NCBI GenBank assembly: GCA_964035545.1
Contig: OZ037771.1
Coordinates: 4,289,628 to 4,353,627, forward strand
DNA length: 64,000 nucleotides
Direction: 5' to 3'
Source: Bugula neritina
Lineage: Eukaryota > Animalia > Bryozoa
Positions within the stretch are counted from its first letter, which is position 1. Every line of letters starts with the position of its first letter. The position numbers and the translations under genes were made by a program. Shown here piece after piece: positions 1 through 12,000 of the stretch. Below the pieces are notes generated by a model. The model was not told the DNA's origin and searched no databases. It saw only the letters and a list, made by a program, of their open reading frames with translations.

Positions 1-47
1 CTGCTTTGTTGCTATGCATCTAGGAGTTAGGCAAGTACATTACCTTC

Positions 48-2594
48 ATGTTTTTAAGTTACATGCAATGAAAACCTTGTGAGTGACTTGCGAACCTTGA
101 AATATTTAAGAATTGTAAGGCAGCGATTAGCATTGAATAAAGTTTATTTTTCAACAAAAACCTCACAAAACATATTAATCAAGTTAAATGTTCTAGCATT
201 GTCTATACATGTATCCTGCATCTAATAACTCCTATTATGGCTACCGCAGCTTAATAATAGGAGTTGTTAGCTCTTGGTACCAAGCACAGCTCATGCAGCG
301 TATAAACTAATGTGTAGCTGTAGCGACGCACCTGGTTGGGTTCGTATCACCTGTCGTTGTGAGCCGTTGGCGTCTGTAAACGTCACTGTTATTTCAGAGG
401 GATCTGTATTAGAGTGAGCAGAGTTTAAGAGCAAGAAGCATGCCATGCTATGCTAAGTTGCTACTAGTATTGATTATAATAGTTCAAATGATCAGACAGG
501 GTTGCCCATAAACGTTTTTAGCTAGCCAATAAATTTAGGTTTAGAAGTGTTGTTGCACACTTTTTCAACATAACCAAAGTGTTTGTTGTGTTAGTTTGTA
601 AAAACATAGTTGCATTGGTTTGGACTTTTAGAAAAAAATAGATTGAAAATCATAAAGAAAAGTTATGAACATGTATAATTATATTTGTTTAATAGTGAGG
701 TCAGTAAATAAATAGGTAAATAGGTCAACTTATAACTATGTCACTGAATGCCATTTTGAACCTTGTTTCTCAAAGCGTTACTTAAAAAGGTTACTGTGTT
801 TTATAATTAGGAAGATAGGTAGTGTGTACTAGTTGGGGACATTTTATATTAGTTGTAACTATTTTGTTGAAAATAAGTATGAGGTTGAAAATCTACAAAC
901 TGCATTTTACAGTTCAACATAGCATTGCATGCGTGTAAGTCAGATAAAGCTAGGAAATAAGGAGTTATGTTATCTTACCTTGTGGACTCGCCATTGACTG
1001 GTTACCTGTAAAAGGTATTAGAAAGTGTCAACTGGTAGCTGCTTTCACAAATTTAGTAATTAAATTACGTTAATAGTCAGGGAATTAGCACTGATAGTAA
1101 AGAATAATGCACTATTGTTTCTGCAGCCTATTTATAATAACATGTAGGTGTTATTATATGGATACTTTTTGAAAGAAAATGTAAATGGACTGTTTAAATT
1201 TGAATGTGAAACTGACTGTTGCTCCGAGGATTTAGTGAGGCTTGTTCTAGGGGTTAGAGCATCAGCTCAGTTAACGCAGGGTCGGTGGTTTGACTCTCAG
1301 TAAAAACCATCGGTGAAGTTAAAAAAGGGATTCAGTTATAATTGTGTCTGTGCCACATATGAAAAAGTCCTTAGCCTAATTAAAAAACCCTTTCCATCAG
1401 GGGTTTCTTGCAGGGAAAGTGACTATAAACTTGAGTGAATTTATGAAACAGACTCATGTGAGATAAAAGTTTGCTCTATGGGCGGGTAGTTGCTGTTGTG
1501 TAGCCTTCAGGTACAGAATACCTATGCACTTGTTAAGTTGGGTGCTTAAACAAATAAGTAGTTGTAGTGGGTGTAACTTGTATCATGTTCTATTATTCAT
1601 CTCCTTTCACAATAGCCTGTGCTCTGAAGAGTATGGTGGATGATCTCTTACCCGTATCGTATCTCACAGTGTTGGTCTCAGGGTCCATAGTCTGATACGG
1701 GATGTCGTTCCTATTATATTTATCCAACGTACTGTGGGGGTTCTGCTTGACTATCACCTGAGTCATGTTCTGTCCATTCACCGTTCTCTCCGTCTGCATG
1801 TTCACATGTCTCTCAGGGTTGTCACTTCTCTCCTCTTTGCTCTTTTTCTTACTGCAAAATTTGAAGAAAAAACTATTTCAACTAAGCTGTCCTCTCATTG
1901 GCTAAATCCCAAACCATTCGCTGGTGAATTCATCCGAAAAACTGGAAATGATGGTAACGTGGCCGACATTTTATGTAAAAAGAGATTTTCTTCTTTGTAT
2001 TGTTTCAAAGCTGAATATTTAAAAAATGGCTGTGTTTGAAAATTCCGTGTATATTAAACTGTATATACCAAGTGTTTATTAGTGCTATTATGTGTGATCC
2101 ATGAGTGAATGGAGTATGTTGAAACTTCAACTGCAAAGTTTTAGTTAAAATCAGCTTTTTGTTTTATTAATAATAAAAGTATTGGTGTGATAACCTTACA
2201 AGAAACTTAGTGATTTACTCCAACAGTTGGTTGTGATTTCTAGTAAGATAATAGCAATGTTATATTACATTATATTATATATAAAATATAATGCATTATA
2301 GTATATATAAAATAATAGCCATGTTACATATGTATATTGCATTATATTGTATATAAAACCTCAGTATATTATATTACATTACATTATATATAAAATAATA
2401 GCCACATTATATTGCATTCTATTATATATAAAATGATAACTATATTATATTACATTATATTATATATAAGCTAATAGCTATATTACTTTACATTCTATTA
2501 TATTATACTTACCGGTTCATGCACATGATGATGTTTATCACGATAATGATTAGAAGGAGAGCTAGACCTACTCCAGCTATAAGCACTCCCAGTT
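48..2594 (-). CDS. 3' exons of a single-pass membrane protein (TM helix plus cytoplasmic tail); family not recognised; 5' end not located
   Basis: Phase-consistent GT-AG exons on the - strand: 2594-2513 (LGVLIAGVGLALLLIIIVINIIMCMNR, a TM helix), 1851-1652 (KKKSKEERSDNPERHVNMQTE...RYDT, basic stop-transfer), 1005-979 (NQSMASPQ), 403-332 (PSEITVTFTDANGSQRQVIRTQP), and a tentative last exon ~95-48 (SQVTHKVFIACNLKT*). Confidence 0.6.
1237..1443 (+). mobile_element. tRNA-derived SINE copy (diverged)
   Basis: Head ttctaggggttagagc...ggtttgactc (A/B-box-like) and body matching the reverse complement of the copies at 8627 and 40396. Confidence 0.6.
2260..2507. repeat. Degenerate AT-rich tandem repeat (tatattacattatattatatataaaataatagc-like) abutting the - strand donor at 2512
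   Basis: Repeating units are visible and end a few nt from the cttac donor. Confidence 0.7.
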
Positions 2595-2987
2595 CTGTAA
2601 AATGTACATCTAAATTACATACTAAACCAACAATACTGTATTCCATTCAGAAAGTACAACTGTACTGTATTAGAATAGTACATATTGTCAGGATTTATAC
2701 AGAATGATCTCATTACTCTCTCCGCTGTAAACTAACAGCTTCCTTTGACCTAACTGATTTATAAACACTTTAAATTAAAAATAATGGAATTTCATTCTAG
2801 ATATAAAAGTATATTATCAACAGTTTAAACTTTATTGTATGACGACTCCAAGAGTAGAATATATCATCAACTCAGAGAGAGTCATTGGACAGCTGTCGGC
2901 ATCCTTGAGTTGCAAGTAATACTAGAATAAGTTACTAAATGAATTCTACTATGTCTACTATAGAAGACTCACTACTATGCACACAAT

Positions 2988-5900
2988 AGACCATGTAAAA
3001 CTCAGCCAATCAGCGAAGTGTACCAGGTCAATGTCTTACCATTGTAACTGATATAAAATTCTGCAAGTTCAATTGCAAAATGCATGCTTCTAAAAGCTAG
3101 TTGTGCAACTTTTTTTTCATGCATTATTTAATTTCATATCTTAAATTGATGGCTCTTGAAATGATTTTTTAAAATGTCTAAATTAAGTGTTTATAAAACG
3201 CAATTAAAAATTGCATGTCTAGAAAAATGACCTGGTACACTTTTGCAACTTAAGGCCAATTATTACATAACTGCCAGCTTAGTAGTTATTTGTTGTTGCA
3301 GCTTGAATGGGTTATTGTTTAGCATTGGAAACTTGCAGTAAACATCTGTGAATTTGGTACATGACTTCGATTGGCTGGTTTTTGAATGGCCCTTTAGTAT
3401 ATGCATCTGGATGGCTGGGTAGTGTAGACTCCGCCTACATCTAGCTAATGTACAGTAGCCAATCCACAGTAGTATTACAAAATTTCTGTTCAACAAATGA
3501 AATATTCTGGTCATTTGTTTTGTACTTTACAATATAATAAATATTCTATTCAACTAGAATTTTATTGTATGTAAGCCATGGGAACTACTAAGAGGTTAAA
3601 TCAACCACCCATGCTGGTAATATTGTTGCTCGCAGTAATAGCAAGTCCACACCGTATAAATATACACATAAGCTATTATGTGCAGCTTATAAATGCTGAA
3701 ATGACCCCATTTCTTACTTTCAATTTGAAAAAAATTGTATTACATATTCTGCCACTTCTGCACCAAGAATTTGTTTTCCTTTTAAATTTTGAAAATAGTG
3801 GTCAGTTTCTGCAGCAGTCAACTGCATCCACAATAAACAACGTAAGCTTTCAAATAAACTATAAATATATGAAATATTAGTGTGGAAACAATGTAATTTA
3901 GTTCTTGTTATGATGAAAAATTACAAGAATATTATATTATAAAAGCTAGATATAGATATCTATAAAATGGCACAGGTAAAAATAACACATTTTTACTTCA
4001 AATTCTAAATTTCATCAGTCATCATAATCATAAGGATGGTCAGCCCACTGAGCAAAATCCAACTCCAACCTTTCATTTGGGTTACCAACGCACTAAAGCA
4101 TATAATGTAAGACGAACAAAAAACAGTGGTTTTAATGAAACATGTGAAAGAAGCGAACAGAAAACGTTATCAACAGAGTCAGCTGATATAGAGCAACATA
4201 ACTCATCTGACAGCCATCCTCATAGTCAGACTTCATCAGAAGTAACTGAGTTACCAGAATCATCAACTACTCAGAAAAAAAGATCTGCACATTCTATTGA
4301 TAGACGAAAATCAAAAGTTGGAAGAAAAGGCTCAAGAAGATCCACGTTTAAACAAAAAGCAACTATTGAAAAAGTAAAAGTTTTTAAAACTTTCACCACT
4401 ACAGATGAGCAAACTAAATTCTATACTGGAATACCTACACGTTCTCTATACTATTTTTTAGCAAGGTGAAAATTATGATTTTCTTATTGCAAAGATAGAC
4501 TATGGTTTATTACAAATAAACAATGCAAGTCTCACTATGCTAAAATTTCTACATTGATTAAATTTGATGTGTAGTAAAACTGTCATTTTAATTAAATTTG
4601 TTGCAGTGTGAGTACATCATTCATACATTTTTTATTAAAGATGTTGTTTTATGTAAGATATTCATAAATACCACAGTGGTCATCTGTATGCTTTGACTTA
4701 TTTAGTTTAGGGTTTTATTTAAACAAGCAGCAGTATTTTATTTGTGGACAAATTGACTCACTTTCTCTAGGAAAAGTAAATTGTTTTGACTTAAATTTTC
4801 CTTGGTTATTTTAAAGCTTAACACAAGTGGCCTCCTAATCTAATTTTTAGCTGAAACTAACTCAGTGTTTAAAACTAAAATGGTTTACACTTGTTACTAG
4901 TTTCACTTATTTACAAACATTATTAAATGCTATTCTAGAAATAATATGGGTTTGAATTAGTTATAGTATAATTATAAAATGAAGTAATAATTGTTTGTCC
5001 ACAGTATTTGTTTAAACTCATAACTTCATTCAAAGCATGTATTCATTCAACTAGCTTACCATGTACTGTTACAGTATTATGTAACACATGTTGACACACA
5101 TTATATTCTGTTTGGATGGTGATATATTGGGTCAAGCCTTCAGCTAGCAGTTCTTGAACTTCATAGTTGTTGCAAAATATAACTGAAGCTACTTACCAGA
5201 GAGTAAAAACTGCTGAATGAATACAAACTAAGCACAAAATTTATTTAGCACATACGTTATAATTTGAATCATAATTTAATTTTCATTCTTTATTTTCTAT
5301 ATTTAGATTTATATGTCCGAAGATGAAAATTCTTATTTTCCAAAAAAAGTTAACAGGACAAGATAAACTTTTATTGGCTTTGATAAAGCTGCGTCAAGGT
5401 TTACAGTTTCAAATACTTGCTGGCCTTTTTTATATCTCTAGATTGCTAGCAAGCAAAACCTTCCAAAACACATTAGATATTTTAGCAAGAGAACTGAACA
5501 ATCTAATAGTTTTTCCAACAAGAGAGAAGCTGAACATCCCTCTGAGCTTTCAAAGCCAATATGCTACCATATATTTATAGTTTATTTGAAAGCTTACGTT
5601 GTGGATGTTGACTGCTATAGAAACTGACTACTATTTTCAAAATTTAAAAGGAAGACAAGTTTCTGGTGCAGAAGTGGCAGAATATGTAATACAATTTTTT
5701 TCAAGTTGAAAGTAAGAAATGGGGTCATTTCAGCATTCATAAGCTGCACATACTAGCTTATGTGTATATTTATACGGTGTGGACTTGCTATTACTGCGAG
5801 CAACAATATTACCAGCATGGGTGGTTGATTTAACCTCTTAGTAGTTCCCATGGCTTACATACAATAAAATTCTAGTTGAATAGAATATTTACTATATTGT

Positions 5901-6441
5901 AAAGTACAAAACAAATGACCAGAATATTTCATTTGTTAAACAGAAATTTTGTAATACTACTGTGGATTGGCTACTGTACATTAGCTAGATGTAGGCGGAG
6001 TCCACACTACCCAGCCATCCAGATGCATATACGAAAGGGCCATTCAAAAACCAGCCAATCGAAGTCATGTACCAAATTCACAGATGTTTACTGCAAGCTT
6101 CCAATGCTAAACAATAACCCATTCAAGCTGCAACAACAAATAACTACTAAGCTGGCAGTTATGTAATAATTGGCCTTAAGTTGCAAAAGTGTACCAGGTC
6201 ATTTTTCTAGACATGAAATTTTTAATTGCGTTTTATAAACACTTAATTTAGACATTTTAAAAAATCATTTCAAGAGTCATCAATTTAAGATATGAAATTA
6301 AATAATGCATGAAACAAAAGTTGCACAACTAGCTTTTAGAAACATGCATTTTGCAATTGAACTTGCAGAATTTTATATCAGTTACAATGGTAAGACATTG
6401 ACCTGGTACACTTCGCTGATTGGCTGAGTTTTACATGGTCT
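2988..6441 (+). mobile_element. Non-autonomous fold-back ISL2EU (PIF/Harbinger-related) DNA transposon with ~880-bp inverted arms
   Basis: Arms 2988-3871 and 5568-6441 are reverse complements (ORFs 3263-3514 and 5915-6166 are near-identical). Termini AGACC...GGTCT are flanked by AT on both sides, the ISL2EU-type 2-bp TSD. A transposase remnant lies between the arms. Confidence 0.85.
4032..5580 (+). pseudogene. Truncated THAP + HTH_Tnp_4 transposase N-terminus (DDE domain missing), with intron 4466-5306
   Basis: KDGQPTEQNPTPTFHLGY (THAP C-terminus-like), TDEQTKFYTGIP, then an in-frame splice AG|gt...ag|A into LTGQDKLLLALIKLRQGLQFQILAGLFYISRLLASKTF...LIVFPTRE (HTH_Tnp_4-like). The right arm cuts the ORF before the IIDCTE-type motif. 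Confidence 0.75.
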
Positions 6442-6618
6442 ATTACAGCTTGCATTGCAGCTAATCTCACCAGTGTTTGTGTGCCTCTGTCAATATTTAC
6501 TAAGCTGAAGATGGGGGTTACCCTGAGCCACCCAGTAAATGTTGGCAGCAATTCTCAAACTAAACTGTCATGTGGTTAGTCAGCAGAAGCATTATGTTCC
6601 CAAACAGTAAGGAATTGG

Positions 6619-6770
6619 AGGTAAGTGCAGTAATTGAGAAAAGCCTGTGTTCTAGATTAAAAATATAGCAAAAGAAGTTATTTTCTCGCAAAAATTTCAA
6701 CCCTAAACCAAAATTTAAGAATAAAAATAAAGACTTTAGGCTATCTCAATTTCTCCACTACTGCTCCTAA
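6619..6770. mobile_element. Short MITE-like dispersed repeat, family A
   Basis: Imperfect terminal inverted repeats (ggtaagtgcagtaattgagaa... / ...ctcaatttctccactactgctcctaa). Other copies at ~29788-30232, 48665-48822, 53993-54153, 56838-56882 (partial), 59290-59430 and 62247-62412. Confidence 0.7.
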
Positions 6771-8626
6771 ATGAAAAATGGACTCGATCTAAAAGGAAAC
6801 TTGTGGTATTTTTAGTTTGTAGGTAACTCCATTATCGTGTCAAGTAATCTTACCAACTGTAGAAAGACCTCCCCATGTTTCTTCTGTGGCATCCATCTTA
6901 TATTCTGTCAACCAAATAAGTTTCTGTCATTGATAAACACAATATGAAGCAATTGTAATAAGATACTCATGAATAACAATTACATATTCTTTTGACAATG
7001 ACATATAAGGATTGAATACAGACAGCTTGACTATAGTTATAACTATCTTATATGCACGCAAGCTGATGGTTGAGCTCATTGAAACCTAAAATATGTCAAG
7101 AGATGTAATCTATTATGGCCAATAATTAGTTTTCTTGAATTATTGATCGTTTCTAGAATGTTGAATCTGTCAGCTATTTTAAAGATGTGCTTGTCTGTCT
7201 GTCTGTCTGGTTGTCTGTCTGTTCACACAGTCACTCTTTCAGACAGTGTTTTGTTTTATGCTGAAAGATTTCATGTTCAATTTTAAAGCCAAGAGTTGGG
7301 AGCTTTTCATTATGCTATTTGCTGCACATAAGTGAGGGTAAATATGTAATATTATATAATCCTTTACACTTAGGCCTACATTTCTGTATCAAAGTCTTAG
7401 CTACTCAGTTTTAGTCAAATTCTTTAAGAAAGAAGGTAGAATTATTAGAGAGCGCAGTTTGCAGTTTTACTTTCAGCGTTTGTCTATTCGACTAGTAGTA
7501 CTGTTAGAGCCAGTTAAGGTGTAAGTTACACTTACCTCTCAGTGAGACTGCTGGTAGATAAGTGTCTTTTTACTTACTTTATGACATCACATCTGGAACC
7601 TTCTGACAGAAATCTCTAGTTCTGAGTTGCTTATTTCCGAATAGGATTGGCATATGCTTGCCCTGCAACTAGTATAGACTATAATAAGCACGGAACACAC
7701 CCTGCTTCTTGACTACTGTATAATCCCAACTGTTGGCCGGCACGAGTCAGTATCATAAATCATTTTGATATCGTTTACACAGATATGCATTAGTATTTTG
7801 TATTTAATATTAAGCAAATACTTTAGCATGTGTAGAAAAACTGTAAAAAATGGATTCTTTTAAAAATAATTATGGAATTGCTAGTGGTTATGGCTGGTGT
7901 CGGTTAGCCAGATTAATACAGTAGAAATCGAGTTATTGATGTTATTTTGAGCTGATTGGTTCACTGGGCAGTGCATTGTAATGGCCATAATACCTGTATC
8001 CGTATGAAAAGACTGTTCGTGAAAAGGGCATTTACTAGTTCAAACTATAATATGAAACCAAAATCACCCTATTCAGCGTATTGCGTGCCTGTTGAACAAT
8101 GGCTGCCTATTGAAAAACATTTGCTGCATAATACCATAGATATGATCACGTCTGCTAATGGCTTTATGGTGCTCGGCATACTTGATTATGTATGTGGGCC
8201 AGTTATTTGTGACAGTGCATGTGACACTTATGTGTGTCACATGTGAGATGCTGTAAATACCTCATTTTGTGAGCCTCATACATAAATGAAACTGCATGAA
8301 TTTTGCTTCTTTGTAAATTGGAAGGACCTCATTGAAACTGTATTCAACCTCAAACAGCAGAGTAAAAAAATGATTTGAATATTTTTAGTTGTTGCTTTGA
8401 TTATCTTGACTGAAAACTAACAAAGGTTTATGAATTGATATGAACTAAGTATATTTTGAATAAAAATGATCGCATGTGCCTATTAAAATAAGATGATTTT
8501 AAAGTTAACTTGGAAGTTGTTTCCTCTGCAATAGTACACAGATGATAGTTATAAATACAACAGATTCTTCTGAAAACCTTTTATAATTTCGCACTCTGCC
8601 CTGTAAGAGTTTTGTAGCATTAATTA

Positions 8627-8824
8627 AAAAAAACTCACGCAATTTTATAGTCGCTATCCCTGTGAGAAAATCGCTGATGGAAGGGGTTTTTGTTAAAGTG
8701 GGCTAAGGACTTATTCAGATGAGGCACAGGAGCAATTATGACTGGATGCTCTTCCTAACATCACCAATGGCCTTTGTCTGGGCTTACTAGGCAAACGCTC
8801 TAACCCCTAGACCACGGCTGCTCC
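8627..8824 (-). mobile_element. tRNA-derived SINE copy (B-box region deleted)
   Basis: Colinear with 40396-40609 (atccctgtgagaaa...gatgctcttcctaacatcaccaatggcctttg...ctctaacccctagac). Confidence 0.75.
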
Positions 8825-9019
8825 TTAATTATATAATATAATAGCATTAATTAAACTACCAATGCTATTATATGATTTGTTTATTTTCCTACTTATTTAT
8901 CTAATAGACCCATCAGCTTATACCATCTTGTGTTCTAAGGTGTGTCTGTCATACAATGAGCCAGGAAAATGTTTTATTTGAAACGAAGTAATAGTGAATG
9001 AGTTGTTATCTGGTTGCAG

Positions 9020-12000
9020 CTAGGACTCCGTACGCTGGTCATAGCAAGCAAGACCATCGATGTCAAAGAATTTCACAGACTCCGTGATTTAATAGAGACA
9101 GCCAAGCAGAATCTGACCAATAGGGATGAAGCAGTGAGTCATCACCTATAACATCTAGATGAATTTTCTAGAAAAAAGGCGTGGATTGCATTTGGGAGAG
9201 GGTGGGGGAGAGAAGCAGAGAGGATTTTCTTTACTCTTAATTTGTCAATGCAGTACAGAAAGAAGATAATTCCTAATTGATTTGTAACTCGGTGTATGTG
9301 CAATTGAATTACAAGCTATTAGAACAGACAACTTCTAAATTTTGGCTGAATTTTGAGGTTTTAGCACACAATTTATTTTAGGGTTTAGAATTTACAGTTT
9401 ACTCTGTATAACCATAAAGTTTTATACAACATACTAGAGGCACCTGTATGTAGTATAAAAGGTAACACAGATATATATTGTACATTGCTAGCTGGTGGAG
9501 GCCTTTGAACAAGTTGAACAAGGATTAACTGTGATTGGTGCCACAGCTGTAGAAGATAAACTGCAGGTCGGGGTGAAGGAAACAATAGAAAAACTAAGGA
9601 TAGCTGGAATAAAGGTAATTAAAATGTATAAAGTGGTATCAGAAACATATATTAAATATGGTTATTAGTGATCTTGAGCTGTGGGGAACAACGTGTACTG
9701 TAGTGTGTATTGTTTACTGTAGTTAGCTGTGTGTAATGTAGTATACAATGTGTGTGCTGTAGTGGACAATGTGTACTGTAGTGGCCAATGTAGTGCTGTA
9801 ATGGACAATGTGTACTGTAGTGGACAATGTGTAGTGCTGACGTACTGATGTAGGTCTGGGTGCTAACGGGAGACAAGGAGGAAACGGCTGTCAACATCAG
9901 TCACAGTGCCGGACACTTTGACGGCAGCATGTCCCTGCTAGGTTTCACTATGCAGGCGTCAGCTGAGGATGCTCACACTAATCTGCTCAACCTCAAGAAA
10001 AGGTCTGTCTAGGCTCTAAAGCTTTGCTCTTCCTCTGACACATGTCATGAGATAATAGAAGACAACTTCTCAAATTTAAAGCATTTTGTGTATTTATCTA
10101 TTCGAATAGGGTATAAATTGACCTGAAAATATAAAGCTACTGAAATAGTTAATTGAAATGCAGAACTTGTGAGAGTATAGCAAACTGTAGCTATAAAAAC
10201 CCAGAAGGCTATCAACAACTTAGTTAGGTCTTCCTTCAGTCATCTTGAAGCTTCAAATCCGTTTCTCTACAAAAATTTCCTTGGTATTTGTGGTGAGGAG
10301 GGGGGGGGGGGGAGAGAACTCCCATTCTGTAGTCAACTCAGTAGTTGACAGTAGGAGAGGGATTTGTAATTTCCATGAACTATCTTTTGAGTCATATATA
10401 CGTATATCAACATAAACCCGAGTGTGTGTGAATGTGGTAGTTTAGGTAATGTAGCTAAGAGCTGGAATTTCTACGTATACATTGTCATGGAAAAGAGAGT
10501 AAACTTTAAAACATGAAAAGAGTTTGGTATTTCCATGCTGAACTCTTGTATGGCAGAGATAGCAATGTTGATGTCTCGAGATATTCAACTCTTCAGTAAC
10601 TCGTTGGTTTGGTGTTCAACTTTCAGTGTAGATGGTTTGGAGTTGGAGAACAAACAAGTTGCCCTGGTGGTTGACGGTGCCAGTCTGGCTATGATCATCG
10701 AGGAACACTGTGATATATTCAGGGAGATATGTTTACGATGTGCTGCCGTGTTGTGCTGCCGAATGACTCCTATACAGAAGTCAAAGGTTAGTTGCTGTTC
10801 CTAACTGGTAGCTTTCTAAATGTTATTTATTATTTTATTATCTTGCAAGTTTTTGTTCCATAGGCTATTTGCTTATACAAAGATTGTATGCGACAATGAG
10901 TATGGGCTTTGCTCTTGTAAGCTGGGAACTGTCTGGTAAAGATGGCTGAATGGGTTTGAATTTATAATGTATTTGTACCAAAGTTTATTTTGATATTTCA
11001 TTTCTGTTGTCAATGTTGCAGCTGTTTTTGTTCAGGAGTTGTCCCATCCAATTGCATAGTTCTGTTTTCCTGTGGTATTTTTATTTTAAGTAAAAAGGCT
11101 TCTAAGCATGAAGCACAGCAGTTGAACTGATATTATTTCGATGTCTTTTTGGTGCAAGTTTGAACCTTTATGTCATTAGTTTATACGTAGTATAGTTTTG
11201 TTAATATATTACAAGCATGTAATATCAATGACCTCTTTATGTTTTCTGTTACATTTGCTGTATGGCTGGATATGTGCCATCATTGTAGGTAGTCAAGTTG
11301 GTGAAACAGAGTAAAGGGAACCCCACAACAGCTGCTATAGGTGACGGAGCTAATGATGTATCCATGATTCAGGAGGCACACGTCGGTATAGGTTAGTTGT
11401 CTTTTATTTGCTGTGTGCTTTGGTCACATGGTCTTACCTACTAGGTTAGGAATACTGATACTGTGTGGTACTGCAGGTGTTATAGTGTTTATACACTGAT
11501 ATTGTGTGATACTGCAGGTGTTATAGTGTTTATATACTAATACTGTGTAGTACTGCAGGTATTATAGTGTTTATATACTGATGTTGTGGTACTGCAGGTA
11601 TTATAGTGTTTATATACTGATATTGTGTGGTACTGCAGGTATTATGGTGTTTATATACTGATACTGTGTGGTACTGCAGGTATTATAGTGTTTATATACT
11701 GATACTGTGTGGTACTGCAGGTATTATAGTGTTTATATACTGATACTGTGTGGTACTGCAGGTATTATGGTGTTTATATACTGATACTGTGTGGTACTGC
11801 AGGTATTATAGTGTTTATATACTGATACTGTGTGGTACTGCAGGTATTATAGTGTTTATATACTGATATTGTGTGATACTGTAGGTATTGTAGTGTTTAT
11901 ATACTAATACTGTGTAGTACTGCAGGTATTATAGTGTTTATATACTGATACTGTGTGATACTGTAGGTATTGTAGTGTTTATATACTGATATTGTGTGGT

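Noticed and set aside
2717-2724. Possible 8-nt micro-exon of the - strand membrane gene
   Set aside because: Splice signals fit but cannot be told from chance without transcripts.
3263-6166. Twin 83-aa ORFs (3263-3514 - and 5915-6166 +)
   Set aside because: By-products of the inverted arms; no recognisable protein features.
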